Shown piece by piece: positions 39,264-52,914 of a DNA stretch of 64,000 nt. Numbering within the stretch: position 1 is the first letter of the stretch; the number at the start of each line of letters is the position of its first letter. The notes under the pieces are model-generated. The model did not search any database and was not told the origin of the DNA. It saw only the letters and a list, made by a program, of their open reading frames with translations. Source of the stretch: Carcharhinus amblyrhynchos (taxonomy: Eukaryota). The position numbers were made by a program, and so were the translations under genes. Location of the stretch: positions 26,784,001 through 26,848,000 of the forward strand of contig OZ336882.1 of the NCBI GenBank assembly GCA_965287045.1. Direction: 5' to 3'.

Positions 39264-42200
39264 TGCCCTTCCTAAAGTGTGGTTACTTTTAGGAAACCTA
39301 TAAACTACACTTTACAAGTTACTTCTTACTTATACTATTTCTTTTCTCCATCCAAACTGATTCTACATCTTGATCTTTAGAACTAAGGGCATTGCTCAAT
39401 ATTATACTCATGTCATCCTTACTTAATAGAGTTAATAGTTTCCTTTGCTTTCTCTGACATCAATCTGCCTCATCGTTAAGAGGTTGAGATTCAAAGTGTG
39501 ATGCAGCTTTATAAAGGTTAAAGTAATAAATAGTATATTCCCTGCACAGTGCTGCTGGGTTGGGCTCTGTTAAGGTGCACTGTGTGCCGACGCACATTTC
39601 GGCTGACCTCAGCAAAATGTCAGCTCAGTTCACTTAAACTAATGGCATTACCCATATGTACTTATGACAGGTCAGTAATGGCATAAAGGAGGCCAAGGTA
39701 AAGTTAAAGTTTATTTATTAGTCACAAGTAGGCTTACATTAACACTGCAGTGAAGTTACTGTGAAAATCCCCTATTTGCCACACTCTGGTGCCTGTTCGG
39801 GTACACTGAAGGAGAATTTAGCATGGCCAATGCACCTAACCAGCTCGTCTTTCAGAAACCAGAGCACCCGGACGAAACCCATGCAAACATGGGGAGAATG
39901 TGCAAACTCCACACTGACAGTGGTCCGAGCTGGTAGGAACGTGGTACCGGTAGGGATCATACTGTAATCAGGGTGCATTTTGTGCACTGAAAAACATTGG
40001 CTTCCAGCTACCTATATTACATTATGGCACAAGGTGGATTGACAGTTCCAAATTCAACATCTTCTGCGAGAAGTAGTTCTTCCTCATCTCAGTGTTAAAT
40101 CTACCACCTCTCAAGCTATACCTATTCTAATGTTTTAAAATATTGCATGTGTTCTCCTCCAAATAGTTTATGACTAGCGTAGACAGCAGGAAATGTAAAA
40201 CACTCCTACACAAATTCTATTTGTCGTTCTCGATTGTCCCACAAGCGGAAACATTTGGTCTATGTTTATTTCATCAATCCATTTTAGTATTTTATATACC
40301 TTAATCAGATCCCTCACATCCTTCAAAACTCCATCCAGTATAAGCCAAAACTCATACGTCAACCCTTTCATCCCTAGAATCAATCTGGTGAAAATCCTTT
40401 GAACTGCCTCCAATGCCAACACACCCTTCAAATAAGGAGACCAAAACTGGACACAATACTCTAGATGTTCCCAGAAGGGAACATGAGTGAACGAAAGGGG
40501 TTTATACATCAATCGTCTAGTTTCATGGTCATTATTAATGAGCCAGCATTTCATTGCGGATTTTTATTAATCGAATTTAAATTCATCCAGCTGTTGTGAA
40601 CTCACATTTCTAGAGCATTAGTGCAAGCCTTTGGCTTACTATTCCAGCAATATTATTACTATCTTCTTGTCTGCACACCCAACAATGGAAGCAGCCAGCA
40701 CTCAATGTACTGGAGTGCATCAAATGCATTCTCATTTCATTAACAATCCCATTGTCAAATGTTTTCATCTTTGATAAGCTTTGTTAAATGTAAGCTTCAA
40801 ATTGGCTGGAAATTTTAAGTTAGTCATCAAAAATTAGACTTCAATTATCTATTTGTCTATTTTTAAATTATAGTTATACATTGTGCATATATTTCAGGCT
40901 TCCTGTTTAAATTATTCACATCATAATTCACCTGCAGTTTCAGCATTTTTTTCCATATGATCTTTTTATTTGTCAACAGGTCCAAGTGCTTGCTATCATC
41001 AAAAGCTTTAAAATATTGCATGTGTTCTCCTCCAAATAGTTTATGACTAGCATAGACAGCAGGAAATGTAAAACATTCCTGCACCAATTCTATTAGTTGC
41101 TAAACCTTTTCCATTTATAGTCACCTTCTGCTTCCTATTCATGAATCAATTCTGTTTAACTGAATAAATCACATCAATTCATAAGTCTTGCTCAACTTTA
41201 AAAGTTTCACGCACAAAACCTTATGGAAAAATCCAAATAAACTATGTTCACCGGATATCCACCATCTATTAATTTAGATTTGCGAATCATTGCTCCTGAA
41301 ATTATGCCAACTATGCAGCTTAATCCTGAATTCCAGAAAAGGAGATATTACTTAAAGATGCCTGTCACTTAGTCATCTTACCTCATCATATCTGTTATGG
41401 ACAGTAGACATTGGACAAATGCAACTACACTCTCTGGTAGTCAGGTATACAGCTCTGAGCCATGGCTTTGATCTGATTGGTAGAAATGTCCGATTGAGTG
41501 CTTTACCATTCTACCCTGCAATTCTCCTGGGCCTATTTCAAGTTTTGCATCTAAAGGTACAGTAGCACAGTGGGATTACCAATGATCAGGGGATGTGAGC
41601 CTAAACACCAACATGGCAGCTGGACAATTTAATTCCAGGTAGCTGAATAAATCTGGAATAAAAATCTATAATCAGTAATGGTGATGCATAGTGGTATTGT
41701 CACTGGACTAGCAATCCAGAGAACCAGAGGAATGCTCTGAGAATTCTGGTTCGAATCCCACCATGGCAGATGGTGAAATTTGGATTCAATAAAAATCTGG
41801 AATTCAAAGTCTACTGATGACCATGAAACCATTGTCAGTAGTCTTAAAAAAAAACCCATCTGGTTCACTTATGTCCTTTAGGGAAGGAAATCTGTTACTC
41901 TTACCTGGTCTGGCCTACATGTGACTCCAGATCCACAGCAATGTGGTTGACTTTTAAATGCCCTAGGGATGGGTAACAAATGTTGACCCAGTCGACGATG
42001 CCCACATCCCATGAGCAAATAAAAGAAATGAGCACCATAAAACCCAGCTCCTTTACAAATCCGCAAGCCTTACCTGGTGATTCCAGTCCCCCAGCAATGT
42101 GACCGACCCTTAACTGTTTCCTGAATTGCCCTAGCAAATACTCAGTTGTATCAACCATTAACAAAAAGTCTAATTAATAAAGCCATTATCTGACATAAAC

Positions 42201-42608
42201 ATACTCACCCCATTGTACCTTTCCAGACTCCTCTATTATAATCCCAAGAGATGGTGGTGGCTAGTGGTATATAGTTGGAATGCACTAGCCCTGGAAGTCT
42301 TAACCATTGATTCTAAACCTAAAGAAATCTCATGGCAGAAGTTCAGATATGAGCAAAAATGTCTCCTGCAGAGGATAAAATGATATTCCTCCATGTACTT
42401 GCAATAAGCATGGGGGGTGGGGTGCAGGAAGAGCATAGAATGTACTCTGGATGCGAGGCTTCAATGGCCATCACCATGAGTCGCTCGGTGACACCACTCC
42501 TGATTGAGTTAGCTGAATCCTGAAGAACGTAGCCATTAGATTGGTGCTATGAGAACCAAGAAGGGGAAAACTACCGAACTACATCCTCACCAAGTGTCAT
42601 TGATGCTT

Positions 42609-43585
42609 CTTTACATAGATGACTTGGAATTAGGGACAAAGTGTAGTGTGTCAAAATTCGCAGATGACACTAAGATGGGTGGCAGAGCGAAGTGTGCAGA
42701 GGATACTGAAAGTCTGCAAAGGGATATAGATAGTCTAAGTGAGTGGACGAGTGTCTGGCAGATGGAGTACATTGTTGGGAAATGTGAGGTCATCCATTTT
42801 TGTAGGAATAACAGCAAAATGGACTATTATTTAAATGGTAAAAAATTGCAGCATGCTGCTGTGCAGAGGGACCTGGGTGTCCTTGTGCAGGAATCTCAAG
42901 GAGTTGGTTTGCAGGTGCAGCAGGTAATTAAGAAGGCAAGTGGAATTTTGTCCTTTATTGCTAGCGGGATGAAGCTTAAAAACAGTGAGGTTATGTTGTA
43001 GCTGTATAAGATGCTGGTGAGGCCACACCTGGAGTACTGTGTGCAGTTTTGGTCTCCTTATTTGAGAAAGGATATACTAGCACTGGAGGGGGTGCAGAGG
43101 AGATTCACTAGGTTGATTCCAGAGCTGAGAAAATTGGCTTATGGGGAGAGACTGAGTAGACTGGGCTATACCCTTGGAATTCAGAAGAATGAGAGGAGGT
43201 TTTATAGAAACATATAAGATTATGAAGGGAATAGATAAGATAGATGCAGGGAAGTTGTTTCCACTGGCGGGTGAAACTAGAACTAGGGGGCATAGCCTCA
43301 AAATAAGGGAAAGCAGATTTAGGACTGAGTTGAGGAGGAATTTCTTCAGACAAAGGATTGTAATCTATGGAATTCCTTGCGCAGTGAAGCAGTTGATGCT
43401 ACCTCATAGAATGTTTTTAAGGCAAGGATAGATAAATTTTTGAAGAGTAAAGGAATTGAGGGTTATGGTGAGCAGGCAGGTGAGTGGAGCTGTGTCTATG
43501 AAATGATCAGCCATGGTCTTATTGAATGGCAGAGCAGGCTTGAGAGATCAGATGGCCTACTCCTGCTCCTAGTTCTTATGTCCTT
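42609..43585 (+). mobile_element. 5'-truncated CR1 LINE
   Basis: YIDDLE...SKFADDTK RT catalytic motif, [17 protein letters not shown], 3' UTR and tail. Confidence 0.92.
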
Positions 43586-45426
43586 CTATCCATGTCAGTA
43601 TTGGTAGCAGGAAGACACCAGACATTCCTGAGAAGACAAGTCCTGTCTTTTTAATGTATTCGAGCTTCACCAACCTGGTAGATGATTTAATCGTCTGAAC
43701 CAATTTCAAGATCACAGATGGCAGTAATGCTGGGAAATCAACACCTTCATCCAAATAATTTGGGTTTGTAAGCCTCATTGTGTTGTGTGGCATTATTATT
43801 AAATGGGATAGATTCAGAACAGACCTATAAAACTCAAAAACTACATATCCACAAGGCGCCGTGGGCCATAAACAGCATTGAATTATATAAAACCACAATG
43901 TGTAATCTTACAACCTGGCAAATCCCTCACTCCACCAAAGGATAACCCAGATTTAATTAGGAATGCATGCCAAGATCCACACCAGTAAAAAATGAGGGGT
44001 CAAGCTGGTGAAGCTCAAACACAGGACCACATGCATGCTAACCAGCAGAAACAGCATGCTACCAATGGATCAGATCAAAACTCTGCAGTGATGGGTAACT
44101 ACAGAACTAAAAAGAAGACAATACATTATGCATATTCCCATCCTCAATGAGTTTGTCTTTTAAAAAGCATTTAGACAGTTACATGGGTCAAATGGGTATA
44201 GAAGGATATGGACCAAATGTAGGCAACTGGTACTAGCTTAGCAGTTAAAAACTGGGCGGCATGGACAAGTTGGGCCAAAGGGCCTGTTTCCATACTTAAA
44301 CCTCTATTTCTCTATGACTCTATAATGGTGGAGCCCACCATGTGAGTGCAAAATAGAAGGCTGCATTTGTAACTAACTTTAGCCAGAGGTTCTGAGTGTA
44401 TGACCCATCTTGACATCTTGCTGAAGTCCCCACTATCAGCTGCTTCGATGAGTACAAACATGCACACATCTGACATTGGTCATTAGAGTCAAGGTTGGGA
44501 AGGAACAACAATGTGCTGTGGATAGGAGGAGGCCATGTGGTTAACTTTTCTGTATCAGATCAGCGACAATACAATTGATTCTCAAATGCTTGGAACAAAG
44601 CCATGGACATGTGCAGCCATAGACTATTGATGTTATGGACCGTTGCTGATTGCATGTTTGCTACAATGAACACTGAAACTGAGGTTACAGAATGTCACTT
44701 GGCAGCAATTATAAGCAGTGCTGAACCTATCTGTCGAGCTGGATTCAGTCTCTGGTTTCCATTTGGTAGATGATTTAATCCTCTCAACCAATTTCAAGAT
44801 CACAGATAGCAGAAATGCTGGAAAATCAGCACCTTCATCCAAATAATTTGGGTTTATAGGCACTTTAATGAGGAGGACCTCTTAGAATGCAAACTCCCTG
44901 ATTAAGGCAGTAATGGCTTATTCAATCAGGGAGCCCAGCATGTTTATATAATGTGTAGTGTAAGGGATACTGGCACTCCAGGTTTATACTCTGTAAGAGA
45001 AAATACATGTCTGATTGTTGCTTGCTATGCATATACATCTAAGTTTGGTGAAGAGAAACCAACCTCGGAGGAGTTATTTCAGAGTTAAAAGCATTTTTTT
45101 TTGATAGGGCATACACTTATTGAAAAATGACACCAGCTGAAAAAAATTACTTTTTTTAACAAGTGGTTTTGCTACACCATCAGCCACTTGTATAAATGAC
45201 CTTGTGAACTCACTGAAAAGCATTGCTGAAAAAGGACTGTTCACTCGGCTTTGGCATTAAGAAGAAAGCTCTGGACATTAATTGTTGTATCAGAAGGTGT
45301 GAAATATAAAGTGACTCATCCAACGTCCTCACTCACACCAAAATAATGCCCATGATTTGGCCCAAATTAACAGTCACATTTCGGAATTGAGAAATCTGTA
45401 AATAATACATTCAAAAATCATTTAAA

Positions 45427-45896
45427 CAGGTGGCAAAGAAGGATAATCTGGATTTATTTCATTTGTACAGGTTTTTAAATATAGATGCTTCAATGTAGAT
45501 ATTTAAATGTATGCTCTGCGTTTCACCCCTTTGTTCAAGTAGGTTTCCAGCTCTGTCGAGACGTGCTGCAGGAGGCTTACATAACAATTGATTACATCTA
45601 GATTGTGAGATGTTCTATTGTTGCATTCCTGATGAATTCCAAGAAGAAATTTCTTGAAGGAAGGAAGAATCTGACATTTTAAAAATAATTAGTTTACAAT
45701 GTTTCCTCCAAACATGAACTCAGTTTAGCACAGTTAAATTCCAAACACAATTGTTGTAAAGACTGCCAGGCAGTTTGGAAAAGGGAAAAAGACAGGGGCA
45801 AAATGCAGATCATCCATTTAAATACCTACATTGAAGCATCGATATTAAATATTTGTACAAATAAAATAAATCCAGATTATCCTTCTTTGCCACCTG
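45427..45896. repeat. Inverted repeat, arms about 104 bp (45427-45530, 45794-45896)
   Basis: caggtggcaaagaaggataatctggatttattt... is the reverse complement of ...aaataaatccagattatccttctttgccacctg. Confidence 0.9.
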
Positions 45897-46364
45897 GTAA
45901 GTAAACTAGCAGCATGGAAACCACAGATAATGATTAGCGGGGGAGATGTGGAAGTCTGGATTCTAGCTCCTAACTTAGTTTCCCTCCCTCTAGTAAGCCA
46001 AGGAGACATGACAGCCTTCATAGAATCCCTACAGTGCAGAAGGAGGCCATTCAGCCCATTGAATCCACACTAATTCTTTGACCGTGGATCCCATCGAGGC
46101 CCTTTTTTCCTGTAACCTCACAGATTTACCCCACTAATCCCCCAACCCTACACACCTTGGGGCACCAACAGGCAATTTAACATGGGCAATGCACCTAGTC
46201 TGCAGATCTCAGGACTGTGGGGGGAAGCTGGAGGAAACCCACACAGACACAGGGAGAATGTGCAAGCTCCACACAGACAGTCACCTGAGGCTGGAATTGA
46301 ACCTGGGTTCCTGGCACTGTGAGGCAGCAGTGCTAACCACTGTGCATCCATGCCTTCCAAATAG

Positions 46365-46673
46365 CTAAAATACAGCAGATGTTGAGGTCTGTAATAGAAA
46401 ACAGAAATGTGCTGGGAAAACTCAACATCCGTGGAGAGCGAAAAACAGAACATTTCGAGTCATAGTGAACTTGAAACGTTAACTCTGGTCAAAATTCTCT
46501 CACCTCATCTGCTGTGGGAATTGTAGCGAGCGAGACATAAAATTTGGTGGACCATTCAAAGGTCCGTTGAACTCGGGCGAGAATTTCCAATCTTGGGGTT
46601 TCTCTCTGTTTCTCCCTCCACAGATTCTGCCAGACCTGCTGAGTTTTTCCAGCACTTTTTGTTTTTACTTCAG
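46365..46673. mobile_element. Penelope-derived fold-back element (family 2) interrupted by a MITE-like insert
   Basis: Left arm aaatacagcagatg...catttcgagtc inverted relative to right arm acttgaaacgttaactctg...cagacctgctgagtttttccagc. Confidence 0.55.
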
Positions 46674-47156
46674 TTTAGAATAACTCAGAAATGTTGTATA
46701 TTGTAATAACTCCAGGAGTCAGCCATGTAAGGGGGTGGTGCTTGATTGCACAAAATAAAGTAAAGCAAAAACCACAAGACTGTGGTGAACACAAGCAGGT
46801 CCCAACCAGGACAATGGAATAATGGACCCACTCAGGGGCCTGCTTTATGTGAGGGTCAGTATACCAGTTCCACCTGGTAAGGTGATTACCAATATTCAGG
46901 GAGATCGTATTCAATGAGTCCAACAGGGAGGTCAATCAACAATTCCCATGCATGCCCTGGGCAAAGGATAAGCATTACACCATTCTCTGCAGCTATACCC
47001 TCGCATTTTGTACAACTTGATGGAGTCCAACTGTTGTAAAAAGTAAAACGGAATATGATTGGTAAACATGAAGTGGAATCTGTTAAACTTTACTGTAATG
47101 TCCTTCACTCCCCAAACATTTCTATTATATTGCGTACAGAGATAGATGGAAAATGA

Positions 47157-47771
47157 ACCATAGAGTCATAGAGGTTTACTGCATGGAAACAGGCCCTTCG
47201 GCCCAACTTGTCCATACCGCCCTTATTTGTTTTAAGCCCCAAAGCCAATCGCAATTGCCTGCATTTGGCCCATATCCCTCTATACCCATCGTACCCATGT
47301 AACTGTCTAAATGCTTTTTAAAAGACAAAACTGTACCCGCCTCTAATACTACCCCGGCAGCATGTTCCAGACACTCACCACCCTCTGTGTGAAAAAGTTG
47401 CCCTCTGGATACTTTTGTATCTCTCCCCTCTCACCTTAAACTTATGCCCTCTAATTTTAGACTTCCCTACCTTTGGGAAAAAATATTGACTATCTACCTT
47501 CTCTAAGCCCCTCATTATTTTATAGACCTTTATAAGGTCACCCCTCAGCCTCCTATGCTCCAGAGAAAAAAAGTCCCAGTCAATTCCGCCTCTCCTTATA
47601 ACTCAACACATCAAGTCCCAGTAGCATCCTAGCAGATCTTTTCTGCACTCTTTCTAGTTTAATAATATCCTTTCTATAATAGGATGAACACAATTGCACA
47701 CAGTGTTCCAAGTGTGGCCTTACCAATGTCTTGCAAAACTTCAACAAGACGTCTCAACTCCTGTATTCAAC
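47157..47771 (-). mobile_element. CR1 LINE 3' fragment (different subfamily, catagagt tail)
   Basis: Tail ggcccttcggcccaacttgtccat shared with 44155-44320 (+); ORF2 remnant gtaaggccacacttggaacactgtgtgca. Confidence 0.82.
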
Positions 47772-49743
47772 CAGGGGAGAGGTTAGGATCTATAAACAGA
47801 TTCTTTTGTGGATTTATTTGTGACAAACAATGTCATAATGTTTGAGCCAACCATCTTTTCTCATTGAGTGTCTCTCAGATTGCACCTTCAGGTGTTGTTT
47901 GATACGTATTACCTCCTACATTGGCATTCTCAGCATCTCAGCAAAATCAATCTAAATTTAAAATAAGTGTTCAAACAATAGAAATGCACCGACATTAAAA
48001 TATTACCTGATGCAAGTTGTCACATGCACAAGGTTTGGCTAGCTGTTACCATTTTGGTTCATGATAATGTTGAGGGGAAATGTGTTGAAAACATGCCCTG
48101 TGTAAGGGAATTCAAAAGAATCAGAAACCTGACAGCAGCCCAATTTTTACTGGTGAAACCAGCCTATCATGTAAACTTAGTGATTTCACACACAGAATAT
48201 CATGTCTGCCTTGCTCATATTTACCATGAACATATCATATTCCTTAATCAAATCACAGAGTCAGACATGCCAGGTTCAAAGTCTGGGCAACCTGCGCAGC
48301 AGCCTGCTTTACTATTCACGTCTCCTGCCCTGCAGTCTCTTTTTGTTCTAAACCACCTTGATTGACAATGGTTCAGCAGAGCTTTGGTATAAATGGTAGA
48401 TACAACCTGACATTATTGTTTGCTTGAATAATTGTGTTATCTTTAATTATGCAAACGCACTTTTTATTTTGTACCTTTCGGTGATTGCACTTTTTCACTG
48501 TCCATTACGCTGCCACATTAAATGTGCTCTGACTGAAGTTGCCGTGAGATTAGTTTTAGTCTGCAGACTGACATGTCTGTTAATTACTGGGCCAGTCCGA
48601 TTATTTTCCCTTTGTGGACGCCTACTGTAACTTAAGAGAGATAAGATGCCTCAAGCTTTCCTCTTGACAATTTGAGATAAATGTGTGCTCTGCTAGCTTC
48701 TCAATTTGACGACCATGAGAATTTCAGCACAGTGCATGAATAAAAGTATTTTACCGCTTCCATGTATTGGAGAAACAATGGCTGTGATTTTCCCAAAAAT
48801 ATCTAAGGGGTAAATTTTCAGGTGCCCCCACTGTGGGAATCATAATGGATGAGACAGAAATTTTGGCAAAATGTTTGAAGGTCAGTTGACCTTGGTTGAG
48901 AATTTTCAGTCTTGGGGCGCGTGCAGTCAAAAGTCCTGCCCTGAGTGGCATAATGTCCAGAAAACAGGGACGACAGGCGCAATTGTCCCGTACTCAGTCA
49001 TGTTTTGAGAGAGCGGACAGTTGTGCACCAGTTCTGGGATGGGGAAGGGATGGTGTAAACATGTCGGTGAGCCTGGCTGCAAAGTTTTGGAAGGGTGCCC
49101 ATACACCCAGTCACCCAAAGCCGGAGCTGAACTCAGGTTCCTGGCACGTGAGGCAGCAATGCTAACCACTGTGGTACCGTGCTGCCCATTAATGCTGTGA
49201 AACACCCTAAGGTGCTTTAATTATCAAATAAAACATAAATACGAATCAATCAGATCTGTACTGTTTGTGCTAAACATCCACACTTGCTGATTTGCCAAGT
49301 ATCTTCTTTCAATGAAAGCATATGGAAGTGATAGAATCATAGAATCCTACAGTGCAGGAGGTGGCCACTCGGCCCATCAAGTCTGCACTGACCACAATCT
49401 CACCCAGGCCCTATTCCCATAACCTCATGCATTTACCCTAGCTGGTCCCCCTGACACTGAGGGCAATTTAGCGTGGCCAATCCACCTAACCCTTTGGACT
49501 CCAAAATTCCAGATTCCAAATTATCAGCTAGATTTTTCTTATAACATGTGAAATTAGGACTTTAAAGAAATCTGACACTGATATGGATCTCTGGGATTTA
49601 TTCCCCAGAGGAGTTGGCATAGGACCTGGGTGGAGTTGGATGAGGAGTGTACAATAAGTAGATATTGCATGGATAATGTGGCAGTTTACCCAAGAAAAAT
49701 GAATATAATTCCAAATAGAGACCAGCAGAGGCAGGATACATCA

Positions 49744-51102
49744 GAGTAATGTCACACTGCCACCAATTACAACAACTCTATAAAAGTGTGAACACTCACG
49801 TGGACAAAACCCTTTAGGGTGCTCGAGGCTCTGAGGGCACAGGGGAGATGCAATTAAATGTAATCCAGGGCCAATGGTTGGAGGGGTTTAGTCTGGGGAT
49901 GGGTCCATTGCAGCCCCCGCCTTCCACTCATTTCTCCTCAAAAGGGTTTGGTGGCTGGCTTGCAGGCAGTGTCTCCCATGTCTTCCCCACTTGGCTTATT
50001 TTCCATTCCGCACTGAGTGAGTGCCCTACCTTTGTGCGATCTTGAAGTTGGGTCAAGGGAGGAATGCATAGGTCATTACTGGTTTCCACTCTGAGCTGCA
50101 ATGCTTTGGTGTGACAACAGATTCCTAGGGCACAGTGGGGAAGTGGGGGGGGGGTCTTCCTTCCTGCTGCATGAAGCCACAAGATCCTCCAACAGGGGGG
50201 AGGATGAATGCAGTGTGTTTTAACCCAAATGGGTTTAGTTGCATGGAAGTGGAAATCCACTTCTCAGGGAGGTTTAACTGTCGAGAATAAGTCTAGGTGA
50301 GCGTGGGAAATGCAGCGGTCTTTGTGAAATTGAACACTTTTTAACTTAGCAAGGTCAAATTGAATCTGGATAATTCATAACGAGTTATGATGAGGCGCAG
50401 CTAATTCCTGATAAGACTGCAATTAGCATGTCAGATACTTTCCAATAGGGCTCTCTCAGGTCACAAGGGCTGTAGAGTTGAACTGCCTTCCATCAGCCAC
50501 AGCCACGCTCACCCAGACTTATTCTCGACAGTTAAACCTCCCTGAGAAGTGGATTTCCACTTCCGTGCAACTAAACCCATTTGGGTTCACACACTGTTGC
50601 CTGAATGTGGGGTTAAAAACACACTGCATTCATCCTCCCCCATGTTGGAGGGTCTTGAGGCTTCATGCAGCAGGAAGGAAGACACCCCCCCCCCCCCCCC
50701 CACCTTCCCCACTGTGTCCTAGGAATCTGTTGTCACACCAAAGCATTGCAGCTCAGAGTGGAAACCAGTAATGACATATGCATTCCTCCCTTGACCCAAC
50801 TTCAAGATCACACAAAGGTCGGGCACTCACTCGGTGCGGAATGGAAAATAAACCAAGTGGGGACGACATGGGAGGCACTGCTTGCAAGCCAGCCACCAAA
50901 TCCTTTTGAGGCAAAATGAGTGGAAGGCGGGGGCCGCAAAGGACCCCTTCCCAGACTAAACCCTTCCAACCATTGGCCCTGAATTACATTTAACTGCATC
51001 TCCCCTGTGCCCTCAGAGCCTTGAGCACCCGATAGGGTTTGTCCACCTGAGTGTTCACAGTTTTATAGAGTTGTTGTAATTGGTGGCGGTGTGACATTAC
51101 TC
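49744..51102. repeat. Long inverted repeat, arms 49744-50306 and 50503-51102
   Basis: gagtaatgtcacactgccaccaattacaacaactc... pairs with ...gagttgttgtaattggtggcggtgtgacattactc; mirror ORFs 49848+/50808- and 49928-/50665+ are near-identical. Confidence 0.95.
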
Positions 51103-52914
51103 CTGTGAATATTCTATGAGGAGTGAAAATCCCGTGTGAGTGCTTGATAATGAGAAGTAAATGTATTAAAATCAGATTCTCGACCTTTCTCGGCATGATC
51201 TATGCTACACCGCCGGTGAAGGGCTTTGAAAATCGCACCACTCGACCAGTCGCACTTCCAGTTCTCAAAGTATTTTGACACCACTCTGGGAAACCTGCGC
51301 ATGGAGAGTGTGGGGATCAAAATCCCTCCCATTGCCTTCAGATGATATATTTAATTTAATAAACACTGCGTGGGGAATCATCAAGCAGTTCATCTTTGAG
51401 TTGGGGTCTAAGGCTTCGATCAAGCTACAAACTCCTGTTAACATTTGTTCCTCAACTAGTTCAAATCACCAAATACTGCAGGTCTTTTTTTTAATAACAT
51501 GAGCCCAATTTCTAAGTGCATTTATAATCACTACCCTCTCAAGGCAATTAGGAATGGGCAATAAATGCTGGCCTTTCCAATGATGCCCAAATCTCATGAA
51601 TAAATTAAAAAAATTATATTACAACATATTATAAGTTGCTTAAAGGAATCTATCAGCTATATATCACTTTTGACATTATGATAAGCCCTATATAAATGCA
51701 TGTTCTTATTTATCCATTGCTGAAGGCTCTCATTCAAGGCACAATTATGATGAATTTAACAGGGAAATGATGAAATTATATTTTACAGCTCAAATGAAAG
51801 TAATTTGAAACTGTGGAATCAAAAATGGCCACTTGCGACGTACATTAAGGCTAAGATTCTCTGGCCTCTTTGTGCTGTGATTTTCAGCAGCGGGAGACGG
51901 CCTGCCATTGTCTGGCAGTGAGATCTTCTGGACCCCGTTGTGGTTCCCACTGAATTCACTCCACACCGGCGGGAAACCTGTGGCAGGATGCACCAACGGC
52001 AGGACCAGAAGATCACACAGCGAGTTTCTGATTTTCACAGACTTTTCATTGTGGATTGTACCTGACTTATTTATCTCCTAAGGTCAAATGTCGCACACGT
52101 TCTTCCTGATCTTCAGAGTGGTTCATACAAAATCTATAATACTCTTACACTGCCTTTATGTAACTCTCTTCACAGATATTTTCACTGCCTTAACAACATT
52201 GGAGAAATTATGTTCACTGTACCATATTATCTGTGTGCTTCTATACATGTAATGATTAATTCTTTCTCTTTCCATATTTTTCAAATATCTGCTTCCCTTT
52301 ACACTTGTGTCTTAATCTCCGGAAACATTCACTAGCATTGCAATTGCCCTTGGTTAACTTATTTATCATCATTTTCAATCTGATATCCTAAGCTAATTTT
52401 GCATTGAACCCTTCCTCCAGCAAAAAGAATATTGTTTCTTCAATGTGAAAGGGATTCAGATCCATATCTCAAGGAAAGATACATGGTGTGAATCCACTGT
52501 GATGCCTAATGCTTAAAAGGCATTAATTAGAATCATAGACAGATAGAACACAGAAGAAGGCCATTCAGCCCATCATGCCTTGCAAGTGTTTTAAAAGAGC
52601 TATCTAGTTCATTCTGACTCCATGCCTCTTCCTCGTAACCCCAATTCATAGAGCATGTCGTAGAACAGAATCGTAGATTTCAATAAAAATCTGGAATTAG
52701 CAGTCTAATTATGACCATGAAACCATTGTCGATTGTCATTAAAACCCATCTGGTTCACCAATATTCCCTAGGGAAGGAGACCTGTCATGTTGACCTGGTC
52801 TCACTTACATGTGACTCCGGGTCCACAGCAATGTGGTTGATTCTTAAATCCTCTCAGTTGGGTAATAAATGTTGGCCCAGCCAGTGATACCCACAGCTCA
52901 TGAGCAAAAAAAAA

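Noticed and set aside
49848-50999. Paired near-identical ORFs on opposite strands suggesting a duplicated small gene
   Set aside because: They are by-products of the inverted repeat; frames differ between arms and no domain is recognisable.
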